A stretch of 62,897 bases of DNA, counting the filler, from Sphacelaria rigidula (taxonomy: Eukaryota): assembly GCA_964200075.2 (NCBI GenBank). It is 11 parts of 11 records of this genome, joined end to end, with 100 filler letters (N's around TTAATTAATTAA, not from the genome) between each part and the next. Parts side by side here need not be neighbours in the genome. Positions count along the whole stretch, not along the records: positions 22,911 to 28,537 come from CAXNAA020025749.1; positions 28,638 to 34,264 come from CAXNAA020025750.1; positions 34,365 to 39,991 come from CAXNAA020025751.1; 8 more parts are not named here. One strand, given 5' to 3'. Below the pieces are notes generated by a model. It did no database searches and was not told where the DNA came from. It saw nothing but the letters and a program-made list of their open reading frames with translations. Below are positions 25,600 through 39,440 of the stretch, piece after piece; positions within the stretch are counted from its first letter, which is position 1, and each line of letters begins with the position of its first letter. Made by a program: the position numbers and the translations under genes.

Positions 25600-26540
25600 C
25601 TAAATGTATTTGACATTTTCCAGTGGGAGAGAGAAGAGAAAATATACGGGGTGCCAGCATAAGCGAAAAAAAAAAAAGCAAAAAAAGCGACGATTGTGCT
25701 CAATCGATCGAAAATGTTCAAGGGTCGGACAAATATTGATTTGTCTGGAAACTACTTGGTTTTAGTGCAATTGATTCGAATCGTGCGAATCAATCCATAG
25801 GCTTTGTTTTCAGCGGCGCAAAAGTTGCGTGGGTACCCGCTGGACCAGCGATCAACTTATTTCCTCCCTCTTGGGCGATCAGGCCGAAGAAATCGTGGAT
25901 TTGGTGATTCGTAGTCGTGATCATTCGTCCTAACCGTCAAAATGTTCATGGAGTTGTGTCTCGTGTTTTGTGTAGCGATGTCATGCCTTTTGTGCTTCAG
26001 CACTTAGTATTTTTTTGTCCTCGGTTCTTAGTTAGGTATCTCGTTCATCTGATGTAGAGCATTGCGTAGTCACTGTTAAAAATTATCCAAGCGACTAATT
26101 TTACAAAACGGAACACAACAATGAAGGGATATACATGATGGCCTACATCAGATACTGATGGACAACAGACCAAACTAAAACTTGAGCGCGAAAAAAAACA
26201 CTGCTTGAAGGATAAAAGATAATGATGTCGTTACACAGAACACCCAAGACACAGCACCATGAACAGTTTTGAATCGATTCGATTGATCGCGTGTTGCGAC
26301 ATAAGTACAGCTGTGTTTTCGTCACCAAAATGGAGGTACCGACGACAATGGAACGGTGGCATTCGCTCAAGAAAACTCGAGACCGAGAGGGAGAAAAAAG
26401 AAACAAGGAAGAAGGGAAAATCGCAGATCGATCAGGATATGCTATTGTGAACACCACAGTAACAACGATATACATGTACTGTACCATACGCAAAGCACTA
26501 AATGCATGAAACAAAAAAAACATTGGACGAAAAAGCATAC

Positions 26541-26547
26541 ACGCACG

Positions 26548-26592
<45 letters not shown>

Positions 26593-26727
26593 GAGAGCAC
26601 AGGCAGGAGATTCCGCCGTGTGCAAGCTCCATCCGAAATACCTATACGTGGACTGGATTGCATCGCCTCAGAAAAAGCCGATATATATACTACGTATATA
26701 TATATACGGATATATATATATATATAC
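26541..26727. repeat. (CG)n(CA)n and (TA)n microsatellites in an RPC2 intron
   Basis: Read directly from the sequence. Confidence 0.95.
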
Positions 26728-27142
26728 ATTGGGGGGGGGGGAAGGCGTGGCTGTCTGATCGGTCTTACTAACAGGTCCATTTGTTCTTCCAACTCTTCAA
26801 ATTTTTCGAGGCACAAGAAACTCTGGGAAATGTGAAAGTACATTCCTTAACCAGGTCAGGCAATACATCGATTCCAGACTGCCTCGACTCAACGTTTGTA
26901 CGTCCAGATTAAAGCTAACGTATAATATGACACAGTAAAAAATCTGCTAGTGACAAATATCGGGGTCCGAAAAATGATAACCCGGAGGGTTGTTTCAATG
27001 TGAGGGAATGGCGAGGCGGGGGAGGGGGGTGGTATACAAGGCACTACAACACAAGCCATGTCGATACTAGCATGGTGGCCGAAATAGTCGAAAATCCACC
27101 ACCCGGAGTTTTCTTCAGGGGGTGGTATCTAGCGTCACTTAC

Positions 27143-27290
27143 CAATGTCGAAGGCAGCAGCGCGGTTGGGCTTGGAGAGCACCATGTCGGCGTTGCGCTT
27201 GAGCTCGCTATTGAAGCGCTTGAACAGGTCTTCGAACAGCAGAGAGATCAGCTGCCCGGCCAACTCCAGTCGTTTGTTGCCGTAGTAGTC
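27143..27290 (-). CDS. RPC2: RNA polymerase III second-largest subunit, internal exon
   Basis: [32 protein letters not shown] is the RPC2-type form of this motif. CCAG acceptor, G|GTAAGT donor, and 148+110 nt = 86 codons with the next exon. Confidence 0.95.
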
Positions 27291-29628
27291 CTGGACCAGA
27301 CCGACCACAAGGGACGAGGTGAAAGTAGGTATCGGGGGAGAGACGGCTTCATCCCTTGAAACGGTGTTGACTCGTGCCGAGCGAAAATAAGGAGGGAACA
27401 GTAAGACCATCTTTTACGGCAACCAATCACGATTCGTACAAATACGAGGATATCAGCCCGTCTACAGGCGATTTTCTCCCGTGGATTGATTTTTCGGACC
27501 CCGTCCGTTGGGCAATGTTTTGTGGCTAGCTGTGGGAAAACCAGATCAATTTTCCGATTCTCTGAACGTTGACTTTTGGTTCACTGTTATAGTGTCAAGC
27601 AGGATGCACCCTCTTGTGTGCACGCCAGGTCAGGTCAGATCCTCTTCAGGTCTGCCCTGGCAGGGTCAGATTGTCCGAAATCAGTTCACATCACAACAGC
27701 TCCACGCAGTAAGCTACACCCTCTTGATAGAAAAGACTCTTGTTCACTCGTATTCATTATCGCTCCGTTCAATGTTCTCTCACGTCGCTCTCCGGCTATA
27801 GCAATTGCCTAGCTGTCAGCTCCACTTTAGCGAGTGGGTCAAGAGGGCTCCGACCGGTTGGAAAAACCATGTCTGTACCGTCTATCAATCTCACATCCGT
27901 CCTAGTCAAGCTTAATCAGACCCGCAACTATAAAATCCCAGATTTGATCATAAACGTCTTCTAGCTTCATGACACTCGCCCATCCAGACAAACCTCTATT
28001 ACAATTGCGATGAGAAATCTCGAAAAGCAACGAAAATCGAAAGTCTTCTTCACGTCAAGTCATGAGCGACAAGGAAGGCGAACTCAATGCTATAAGAGCA
28101 CTCGGCCATAGTGGCTGAAGAAAAGAAGGTGCACCCCAGACGACGACGGCGACATCCACTCCGTTGCCCGATCCTTCCACACCTCAAGCAAGGTGAGCGA
28201 AATCCGCTACCGAAAAGCGCAAGTGCGCTTGAAGACGCAGGAGCAGACCATGCTGCTGCGGGCTAGCGAACTTAAGAGGCGAACATGAAAATGCTTCGAC
28301 GTGCTAGTCAAAATAAAGAGGCAAAAGGGAAATCACGCTAGGGGCACAACGTCTACGCGGGTGGTACCGAACTCAACCGCTGAAAGGTCCATCACATGCG
28401 GCGAGCACATGGCGGCTGAGGAAAACGAAGGAATCAGCAACGCAAAGACTGCAAGTAGTCCGGCGCCAGTCATACAAATCAAGAGCGAGAATACGAAAAG
28501 CTCCAGTAGCCGAGGATGAAGGTGCGCCAGGCAAGGTNNNNNNNNNNNNNNNNNNNNNNNNNNNNNNNNNNNNNNNNNNNNTTAATTAATTAANNNNNNN
28601 NNNNNNNNNNNNNNNNNNNNNNNNNNNNNNNNNNNNNCTAAATTACGAATACCAAGCCCAATTTTCACCCAATCTCGACATGTTTCAAATCGTAGTAACC
28701 GTCATCTACACAGGAATCTAACGAGAAAATCATATTCTCAAAACGGTTACTACGGGGGCCGAATTATACCTGAAACTGTGATGTTTCGGTGATGCCGGGT
28801 GTTGGCGTCGTCTAATTTCTGTTGATACGCACGAAAGACCCAGGGAGCCTCGTGACGGTGTCCCCAATATCTGTTGTAGGAAAGCTCAGATCGCCCTCAA
28901 ACTCGGCAGTTCCGTAGATATTGATGCTCAAAATGGAAAAATTATATTCTTGACAAATGATAATGTTCTCTCCGTTCTCTATCGGCTTCCGGGGGTCCCA
29001 GCATGAAGACCCCCGGAAGACGGTACAAAATACCCCAGAAGAAAAATAATGAAATCATGCGTCCCGGGAGAGGGAGAGTCCAAGGAACACATATTCAAAG
29101 TTTGGTGGAGAAACTCGAAAACCTCATATAATTTTTCTTGCCTTGACGTCAAATCCACCCCAAAATACGTTTCCATACTAATACCAAGTAGTCAGGAGTA
29201 GCACGTTTCAAGCGCACGTCCTCCACAAACGCACAGACTTTCACGCTGTCATTAGGAGTCAAGCACTAAAAGTTCGCATAAATATGCTATGTGTCATGAC
29301 GCAACTTCCCACGGACGATGTTTTTTGTACTTGTTGGGTTTTTCACCGTTTTTCGGGGATCCGACGGGATCGAAGTCGTTTTTCGAAGTAGTCGTCATTC
29401 TGGGACCCCAGAAAAACAGCACGACGACATTTTTTTTATTTTTTTGCGAATTATCTGCCTTCGCCTAATCCAAGGATGGGCTCAACAAATTTCCGTCGCA
29501 AAATCGATCAACTGATGCTTGAATTTCCATGTTCACGTCGAAGAAGGCCCAAAAACGCCGTTTTGGTACAAAAATCAAGTAGTTTGCGGTTTCACCGCCG
29601 TACGGCAAACTTCATCTCACAAAGGCCA

Positions 29629-29898
29629 TAAACCTCACGCCGTTTTTAAAAGTTAAACCCTGAAATTTTGCACAACTGTGCTTTGGGACATTACATTTCT
29701 TAACTTTGGAGGATTTTTTTTGTTCTCGTTTTACCGGGGTCCGATTGGGTCGAGGTTTCCCCCAAGAAAGTGAGACCCCCCAAAAACGGTGATGAGATAA
29801 AAAATCGAAAATCCTGTCCCTGCAAAGTTGCGCAATGACCCGTAGAGCACTCGTGCAAAATTTCAGGGTTTAACTACTTGAAACGGCGTGAGGTTTTG
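29629..29898. repeat. Foldback or MITE-like inverted repeat
   Basis: AAACCTCACGCCGTTT...AGTTAAACCCTGAAATTTTGCAC is mirrored by GTGCAAAATTTCAGGGTTTAACT...AAACGGCGTGAGGTTT. Confidence 0.8.
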
Positions 29899-32469
29899 CC
29901 GATGAGTGTTTTTGGGTGATGAGCGTGAGCCAGCCTGTATGAGTCTTTTTTTCGTACAGAATCACCCCCCCCCCCCACCATATCCCTATCGTGGCGTGAC
30001 ACTTTCGCTGGTATCTGGTTTGGACTTTCGTCTGTCAACAATTCCGCAATCAGATGTGGATGAACGTTCAAATGGGTAGGCAATAAGCAGGGGTGACGCA
30101 AATCTGAACGTTTTTTCCGGGACGGGCGCAGCATTTTGCTACCGCTGGTGATGACACGCTTATTTTTGGTGCAGAGTCTGCTCCTGTTTGCCATGATTGT
30201 ATATGAGCGACGGGATGTAAAAAATATTACATTGCCTGTAACCCTTTCCCCTTCCTCCCGCTCCCCAGTTATGTCGCCGCTGTCCTGCGACTCAAATATA
30301 TTGATTATCGTGGCTGACGCATGAAATAGCGATGACTAGCGGCTGATCTGTGGCGATTACTTTCCCATTTAAGCGCCGTCTCTGGAGCAGAAACACGCAT
30401 CCCCCCCCTTCAAGTAACGGAAGAAGAAGAAGGAGAACGTTCGTAAGTTGATGTTTTTTTTTTCCCAGGAAAGCTTTGTTGCGTCAGAATTTGCCCGATT
30501 TACGATGCTTCCATCGCTATGTTATTCCGGGGGGGTTTTGGAGCCCGTCAACACCGAGAGTCCATGGTAACGTGCCTGATAATGCCGATGGTGTGGACTG
30601 GAGCTCGCTCCCTGTTGGCCACCATCCACTCCTAAAACAGCCGAAGCTACTCGCAACATTTGCCTCCACCTCGCATCTGCCTCAATCAACAAAATTCGGG
30701 TCAGGAAGATGAAGCTCGGCCTTGTATGAAAAATAACTGGTCAAGAAACAGACCTCGAACTCCGCTGCATGGCCAAACGTTCATCTAAGAAACAGCGAGG
30801 ATACACGCCCCCAAGGGCAACAACCCCCATTTTTGGCCACACGAAGCTTGAGGTTTTGGTTGATGAACCGCCGTGACTTCTTTTTTCTCAGTGATGGTGT
30901 CCGTTTTGTTGTGCGATGTTTCGGTTCTCACCCATAGGAAGTGCCAGTAGGACTTGCAGGGTAGCTTCCGTGTCCGTTGTCCGTTGTGGGAGAGCTCTGG
31001 TGTAGCGAGCCAGTAGTTGTCGAAAGCCATCAAGCATGAGAAAGTCACACTGTAATAAAATCAGCAGGATCCTGCAGTCCAAAAAAAAACGAAAATCGAA
31101 ATATAGCTACTCACGCTGGTGTTTTCTCCCAGAATATGACTGTACCTCGACTCAAACGTTCCACACGTCGGACAGCACATGATATACCGAAAACAAATCG
31201 AAGGGGACTCTCAGATTGCTCATCCAAAAACACAAATTACGTGACAGCAGGGCTCGAGAAGCCAAAGCGCTACCTTTGCGCTTCTCCGCGTGCTCGGTGT
31301 CCAGCGCTGTAGGGAGAAAATATGGAAAAAGCGATCACATAAGCTAGCTCGTGATCCGGATCAGTACACTAATAAGAAGTAATATTTAAGTAGCTCATGA
31401 GCTGTCCGACGTGTGAAACGTTCATTTCTCATTTTCAGGCCGCACCTGTGATTTTTTGCCTCCCTCGTGCCGTGCTCCGCCGGTATTGACGTTGCATGCG
31501 AAAAGCAGAGCCCGCCCCCGCCTGGCGGTGGGATGCAGTCCCAGCAGTACCAGTACGGCGGAACTGGTAACACTGACTCCTGGGGTAACGGCCGCTAAAC
31601 GGAAGGGACTCCGTACCGTTAGCTCACAGCGTATCGTAAAAGTACTTGCTTCGAATAAATAAAAATCCTCCAGAACGTCACGAGCTGAAGCAGCAGCCGA
31701 GCGGTTTCTCGTCTTTTTTGTTTCTTTTCACGGTTTGAGCTCCCTGTTAAAATATCGTAATACAGTACCCATTTGTGAGACGAACGTGTGCAGGAGGGGG
31801 TGGGGGTGGGGGGAATGGCTGTTCATCTTTCGCTTGTTAAGGGGGGGGGGGTGTATCGTTCGCTGAAAATTGTCAGGTGGCATTGTGCCGCCGTTCATGA
31901 CGTGTTCCTTCGTTTTTTTTCTGCCGGTTTTTACGCTGTTTTCGGCTGTTTCGGTTTCCTGCCGAACGATGCTAGGCTTCTGTGGTGTTTAAGGCTGTGT
32001 GAGACGACGCTCTGCGCAACGTTGTTGACTGTACACGTTGGTACGGAGATGTGGTTATGTGCCGTGGGTGTCGCAGGTGTACCGGAACTGTGTTGCCGAC
32101 AGGGCGAAATGTGAAGAAGAAAATGGAAGAGGGCATTGTTTTTTCAGTATGTGAAACTGCGCGCCGTATACGGGAGGATGGCATGAGATACACGAAGAGG
32201 GTAACAAGATACGATTTGTATTGAATGTGCGAGCTGCACACGCTTGGAGGTTGCCCCCCCCTTTCGCGTGGGAAGGTGCCCATATTTATTCGCGTTGAAA
32301 TGGGCAGCAATCAGCAGCAGTGGCAGTCAGATGGCGAACGTCTCTTACCATACATGACCCTTGTAACATCGAGGTTACAAGCATCCTGACGGATGATGTA
32401 AAGTAAAACGTTCTAGATCCTGTTTCGTTCACTACAACGTCTACTAATGCTCCATTACCCCCCTCTACC

Positions 32470-32608
32470 CCCGCGAACAAGCTTGGCAGGATATAGCTCA
32501 CCCTTCATGCGACTCGCCGAGCACATTACGGCTCTTCGCGCTTGGTGACTGGATTACGAGCCTGGTCCCGCGAAAACCCGGCGTGCTCCGTTCTGGCTTT
32601 GTAGAGGT
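32470..32608 (-). repeat. Dispersed repeat family A, copy
   Basis: GCAGGATATAGCTCACCCTTCATGCGACTCGCCGA...CCCGGCGTGCTCCGTT. Confidence 0.85.
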
Positions 32609-34544
32609 TGTGAGCTCGATGGTGGTGTAATGACTACGGCATGCAAGATCATGAGTACCCCCCCACCCCCACCCCCTCCCCGCGCGTGCCGCGCAAGACG
32701 GTTGGGAGTGTCCGTTCCTCACGTTGCTGGGGGATATTTCTGTGGAGGACAGTGTGGCCAGCTCGCCTCTGGTGGGTGTTGTTGACGCAATTCAGTAACA
32801 CTCGAATACTTCCTATCCCGCCGCCCAGTTGCCTGGCGCCAGGAAAGCGTGAGGCGTGTTGCCATGAAACATACCCAGTGCTTCCCCCCGAAACACGCCA
32901 AGACAGCTATTATCTTCACACGCTTTTTGCCATCGAGACGAAAGACGTCAACCACTGCCGCAGAACGGCAGCCAGGGCCATCTGTCAAGTCGACTTGGAA
33001 AATGACTCCCGAACTCCGGGCGGTCGAGGCGCTCAGAATGAAGAACTTCATCCAACGGCGGCTTCCGTCCGATTTTCGTGAACCGGATTTAAGGCTTCCA
33101 TAACGTCATAGCATACATATCATGTTGATTCCGCAGCATCCAACAAGCATCGGGTGGGGGGATGGGGGCGATGTGGTAGACATGGCCTGCTGAGGACTTT
33201 GAGTGCGCCATTGGGACCGTGAACCCTGTCAAAGATTGAATTGGTGTTCGTTTCGAGAGCTATCATTTTTAGTATCGTCGCGCCCCGGTGGTGTAATGGT
33301 GGTGCGATTGTCGTCACCAAGGTGAAAAGAACGTGAGTTGCATTCCTGACATGCGTCATGTTTTGTCTTCGGAATCATTGGGTTTGGCGAGAGAAAAATC
33401 CAGACACGTGCAGTAGACCCCTCCTGCAGCCCACGGAGGACAGTTTTTTCTAATATTACAAAATAACGGTTTCTGCTGCGGGTAAAAAATCGACTCAAGA
33501 GGGTTTTCGCGACTACGTTTTTGGGTCGTGATGCTTGCGTCGTGGTTCTTGCGATCGGATCCCCGCGATATTTTTTTTGCGTCGTGATTCTTGCGATCTC
33601 ATCCTTGCGATAGTTTTACTGCTAGATTTTCTCACTCTAAAACCCTTTTCGATTTCGTTTTTTGGGGACAACTTCTTCAGACACCGAAAGCATCCTGCTC
33701 CAAGGGGCACCTGGACACACGGTAGTTGCCGCTACGTACCTAGCATGATCTTCCAAATCGAAGTCTTGAGTGAGAACCCCCAGCGTTAGGTGCTCGTGTA
33801 CGAGGAAGGGTGTCCTTCACTTCAGTACGAGTACATATCACTTGTTTTCCCCTGTATTGGACGCTGGGTTTAACCTTTCAACGCCATGACCAGCAGTAGC
33901 CACGTGTACGAGACACACCCGATGTGCACAGCTCGCACACAGAGATGCGCACAGCTGTATCTTCTAGCGCTAGCCTGGTGAGGAAGTATTGACTTATCAG
34001 CGGGCAGTACGGACCAGCGCTTTCCGGCATGGTGGCTATCACGCGCAAGGTGCGTGCGCGATGTAGCACGATTGAAACACGGACCGTCTCTCGCACGAGG
34101 AAAAACTGCAGCAGCAGCGGCAGCAGCAGCAGCAGCAGCAGCAGCAGTATCGGCACCGGCTGATTCAGACCCACCCCCAGCCGTACACATTTATTGGCAA
34201 TAAAGAATAGCAGGGACGGTACTGGAAAGGCGAGCCTACGTCTGTGACCACGGGTTCGCGAGATNNNNNNNNNNNNNNNNNNNNNNNNNNNNNNNNNNNN
34301 NNNNNNNNTTAATTAATTAANNNNNNNNNNNNNNNNNNNNNNNNNNNNNNNNNNNNNNNNNNNNAAAAAATTGTTTAAAAAAAACAATAAATAAAAAAAT
34401 ACATACCCAAAAAATTCGAAGGAAATAAAAACAAGCCCCCCCCCCCCCCCCCCCCTCAAAGAAAACGAAAACACGCGGGAGAACTATGATTGAAACAGAA
34501 AAACAAAAGAGATAAATGGGGGTACACCCCCGTGGTTTGGGGGA

Positions 34545-35505
34545 CAAAATGGGGACGGTGGACTTTTCGGAGTTTGGAGCAGCTCTGCACGCCGGGTGGG
34601 CACCTCTGAAATACCTTTCGGCGTCTCAGTCTCGCGCCCAAGGTGCTTGGGCAACATACCCAACTTTTTCTTGACAGATCGGAACAGGGTTAACTAGGGC
34701 CTGGAAAAATGAGTTTGTTGAAACACACACCCATTTTTGTCAACAAACCCGGGGGCGTACACCCTTTATCAGGTTGAAGGAATGTATTCCCGTTTTTGTT
34801 CACGTGTATATCCCCTTCACGTTTACAGCATACCCCCTTTTTCTTCAGTAAAGTTCACAACTCCTTCGAATGACCCTTCAACCTTTTGATCGTCGGAGAT
34901 GTCCATCTGTTGAATCGGCGTCATGTTCACTTGGAAATGACGCCGGAGGTGTCCATTTGTTGAATCGGCATCATTTTCAGTCCTTTATCACGTGAAAATA
35001 ATGCCTATTCCGCAAATGGACACCTCCGGCGTCCTTTTCAAGTGAAGATGATGCCGATTCCACAAACGGATACCTCCGGCGTCCTTTGAATGTGAAAATA
35101 GCACCGATCCAACAGATAGACACCTCCGGCGGTCGAAGGGGTGAAGAGTCATTCGAGGGAGTTGTGAACTCTTCTGAACAAAAAGGGGTATGATGTGAAC
35201 ACAAAGTCCGTATGCTATGAACATTTTGGGGGTATGCGCATGAACAAAACAGTGGTACGACAATTTCATCATGTTCAAGCTGAGGACGGGTGTACCCCGC
35301 AGTTTTGTTGACAAAATGGGGGTGCTCCAACAAGCTCACCTCTTCCACGCCCTAGTTAACCCTACTCCCATTTGTTGGGGAAAAAATGGACATGCTCCCC
35401 AAGCACCTTTGGCGTGAGGCTGAGACGATGAAACGTGTGTGAGAGGTGCCCAGCAGGCGTGCAGCGCCGTTCCCCGCACCGAAAAGTGTACCACCTCCAT
35501 TTTGT
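34545..35505. mobile_element. Foldback element of about 1 kb with internal tandem units of about 43 bp
   Basis: Mirrored landmarks (GGGCACCTCT, AAGGTGCTTGGG, AGGGTTAACTAGGGC, TTTGTCAACAAA) about a centre near 34990. Inner arms carry repeated GACGCCGGAGGTGTCCATTTG-like units. Confidence 0.85.
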
Positions 35506-36074
35506 CGATTACCCAAGAAGAACGGAGGACACGATGTGAGTGGATGCTTTGGGGTGGATCAATCATCGAAATAAAAATATGGAAAAAACACATAGGATAA
35601 AAACGAGATAGGGGTCGGCATTTCCTTGGTTCGTACACTTCTGACCATGTCTTGTCCAGGGTGTGACACTGTGCGCTGACCACTTGCTTCATACATCAAG
35701 GGTGGCATGCTCCGTACACAGAGAAAAAAAATCACAACACAACACAACAAAACACATTGCATATCGTCGAAAAAACGGCACAACAGTACCCCGTCAGCGC
35801 GGAAAGTTGCGGATTCGCATCCACATAGATAACCATCTTTCTGAGGAGAAATCTCTTTTGTGGGGCTGAAAACGTGAGCACGTGAGTAGAGCGAAACGAA
35901 AATCTGGGGAGAGTCAACGTAGTGCGCGGGGGTGCCGATCTAATATATGATAATAGCCAAATGTCGACATCTACCGTACCGTCGTGATAACATAATGTGG
36001 GGAATATACAATAAAGTGACAACACAAGAAAACACACAAATACCCATAAACGGGGAAAAAAAAAACTCCGTTAC

Positions 36075-36416
36075 CCCGAGTCCGCAGCACCACTGCCCAT
36101 TCCCTCCCCCTTGCCATCCTGCTGCTGCAACACGGAGGGATTTTTCTCAGACCCGGGGACGCCATCATCCTGTCCCCTCCCTGCTCCGGAAACAGAAGAA
36201 GGCTCTTCCGCAACAACGTCCATCATGTCCGCTCCCCCGCCTGATTTCTGCGGACTCTTTTCGTTATCCTTGTCTTGTTCGGAATCAGAACGTTCCGGGC
36301 GGTTTTCGTCGTCGACGGCGATGTCGTCAGGCAGCGGTCTCCACTGTGGTTGGCGGAGCTTCGCGCCTGAACCCGAGGCATCCCCTCCGTGTACGTTTAC
36401 GCCCTTTGTCTTTGCT
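36075..36416 (-). CDS. Probable internal exon, low-complexity acidic/Gly-rich region of an unidentified protein
   Basis: Open 342-nt segment bounded by a GGCAG acceptor and a GGG|GTAACG donor, with coding-like composition. Confidence 0.5.
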
Positions 36417-38694
36417 CTGCCAACCACGAAGCTGAACATGAAGCAGGCAGACAAGGAATAAGTGTGAGTTGGGATGGTTGGATGCTGTGGTGTTCCAGGG
36501 GGAGGGAGGAGGAGGGGGGGGCGTACTTATGATCTTCCATGCCGTGGTCAAGAGAATGTTACCTCGCATCCCGCATCCCTATAAAGCGGGGGGAAATTGT
36601 CATTCGTAAGTGCAAGTAGCCCAGCCAGTAGGCCGTTACCAGCCAGTACCTTGCATATTTTGAAATACTCGGGACTATTTGCAGTCGCACCCCCCTCCGG
36701 TAGCCTCAGATACCTTCAGGTACCCTGCGGGAGTGCAACGCCCTCTAAACGCGGGGTGTCCTAGGATAGGGTACCCTGACGTAACCAGTGTTGGAAACGT
36801 CAAACTGCTTCTACATTCAAATCGAGGGATATTCAGCGCTCGGCCGTGTTCCATCTCGAGGTGGCTCATCCCAACGACAACAACGACAACAGCAGAAACA
36901 GACACACACAGAGACACACACAGAGACACACACAAGTCCCGGGCACGCACACACGTGCTACATCAACACAGACACGAGAAGCACAAGATACAGATAACAC
37001 AAGCTGGAACATGAGACATCCAGAGGATGCACACAGATACACCCACACCCTCACCCACACCCACCCGCATTTGAGGCGTTCGCCCAAGAAGTGGGAGAGG
37101 TAGTCGCACAGCACTCGAGCCGTGGCTCGCCGTTCAACGAACACCATGCACCTGAAAGTTGTTTTGCAGCGCGTTTGATCGACAGCAGCGGGACGACAGA
37201 ATGGTGTTGTGGAAATAACGAAATCAAGGGACAAAGAGAGACAATTCCCCCCACCCCCCGTCTCACTTCCAACCCCTCCCCTTCTTCCAGACGAGTGGGC
37301 GGTCTCAAGGCATGAACCCGCCTCCCTCACGGTTGGAAAAGCGTAAAATTGCGGTATCATGACGTATCAAGTTTCATCTTGTACGTTGCTCTCGTTAGAT
37401 TTTTCTTTTGTTTGCCCTTCTACTCGATTGTCCTCTTGCGCACGTGGTGGTGTTATTGGCGCCAATAACACAACCACGGCTCGATACTCAGCGGGTCGTT
37501 TTTAATGCGAAAACAAACCAACCAATCAGTAATCAACTAACGTACCACTCATTGTGGGGCGGCTCTTCATATTTGACCCCGCTGGTCCAAAAAACAGAAG
37601 CAAAGAAACGCGCCTACCAGCATTAACCACAGCAATGAACGCTCTCCACTCCCCTTAACATATCGATCGGAAAACCATCATATATTTCACGCAACCAAGA
37701 TCCAGATCCATCTCAATACTCGAAGCGGTGTCAGTTCGGGTGCGCTCAATGACAAACGACTTACTTCCTCTGTTTCATAAGTCTGTGCAGTTGCATTTGT
37801 ACGAGCCCTCCACGATGTCCAAATTGATTTTCGTTTTTTCAATGCATTCGTTGGCGTTTTTTGAGCCAAGAGCATCAGTCTTTTTACCACGTGGGTGCTT
37901 GACCCGCGCAGCCTCGCGGCCGAGAAAAAGTAGGTCGGTCAAAATGTGGCCATTTTTCTCTCTTTTTCCCAGTCAAGCATAGGCGACCCGGGAACACGAA
38001 AAATCGCGGGAAAAGGTAAAAAAAAATGAAAATCGCAAAACCCCCTTTGATTTCGGATATCTCCGTGACGTTAACCTACGCATGCCCCATCTCACAAACT
38101 TTCAGCATGCAATCGCTAGTGCTCGACGTGAAAACTCCCAAAATCGGCCAACATAGGGATATACCTGGACCAATAAGGGCCTAAATGTGGAATATTTCGA
38201 CTTGTATTCAGTGTTGAAGACCACTTTCGTTTTTCTTTTTTTTAGTAAGCTTGGTATGCACGTTGTGATTCTAACGCACCCGGGAACGGGATAAACGTCA
38301 ACGTGGAAGTACTCTAACGATGAAGCGCCCATAACTGCACAGACTTATGAAAAAGAGGCCACGGCTTTTCTTCAGCTGACCATTTCACGGCGACGGGTCG
38401 ATCACTGCAAAATTGGAAGGCACCAGCAGCTATGTGTCTTTGGTACGTGGAGCAAGCAGAAATTTCTCAGCTGATCCTGTGTAGGAGAGGCATCGTCGAG
38501 TCTGTGGGAAGAGTTGGGGGACATGAAAGATGCAATCGAACTTTTCACAATAAGCGACATGATGATAAGCGTAGAAGTTTCGCCACAAATTTCGTATTAC
38601 ACTATTATAGATTAGGCCCCACGTGCGCATAAGAAAAAAGGGAAAAATGGGGGGCGATCCCGAGGTGCAGACTTCACCTCGTCGCAGACATTAT

Positions 38695-39440
38695 GGAAGG
38701 GGGAGGGAGAGGGGGGAGGGGGTGCGGACTCATTCGTTGCTTGTCTAAGTCGCTTGAACATTGACCTACGCATCCATTTCGAGAGGAGGCACAGGGGGGG
38801 AGGGTACTCGCGAATCAGCATGCCGTTGTCATGAAACCATTTCCTCGCATCCCTACAAAGCCGGGACAGAGCACGGCGGGTTTTTGCCGGTCCAGGCTCG
38901 TAATCACCAAGCGTGAAGCGCCGTGATATGTTCAGCGAGTCGCATGAAGGATGAGCTGCACCTTACGAAGACGGTGCGGCCCAAAGCGTGCTAATTATCC
39001 TTTAAAATAGATGACAGCTTGGTATGAGTTGCTTGATTTTCTGGTATCGCCACTTCCAGAGGCAGCCACGGGTTACACACTACCTCCTGGGTGTCTCACC
39101 ATTTGAACACTACGTAGTTCGGTCATCCCCTTTGCGCGGAATTAAGAGTCCTCACCCCACGGTAGTCAAAGTCGACCACCATCATGGTTACCACAAAGAA
39201 ACGCAACCGAAAAAAAACGTAATCTGATTACCTAGCTTGCGCACTGAGCGGCGTGTTGTACAGCATCGTTGTCCACCGACGCCAATCCTCAACCAGGGGG
39301 GGGAGGGGGCGTACTCATTTGATGCTTGCCTTAGTTGTTTCACCATTGACCACGTATCCCTTTCCAGACGAAGCGCCATTCCTACGCCCTACAGAGATAT
39401 CTCCAACATTTAGGTGCTCATTACGTTCCTTCTACAAACC
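38695..39440 (+). repeat. Composite array of family A modules
   Basis: Contains the GGGGCGTACTCATT...CCATTGACCACGCATCCCT module (also near 17005, 39915 and 45165), the CCCTACAAAGCCGGG module, and the CCTAGCTT.CGCA module (also near 23795). Confidence 0.8.

Noticed and set aside
26767..26820. Exon-like 54-nt segment (SFLCLEKFEELEEQMDLL) between the two RPC2 exons
   Set aside because: It has a stop in the required phase, and the flanking exons already join to a normal-length RPC2 sequence.
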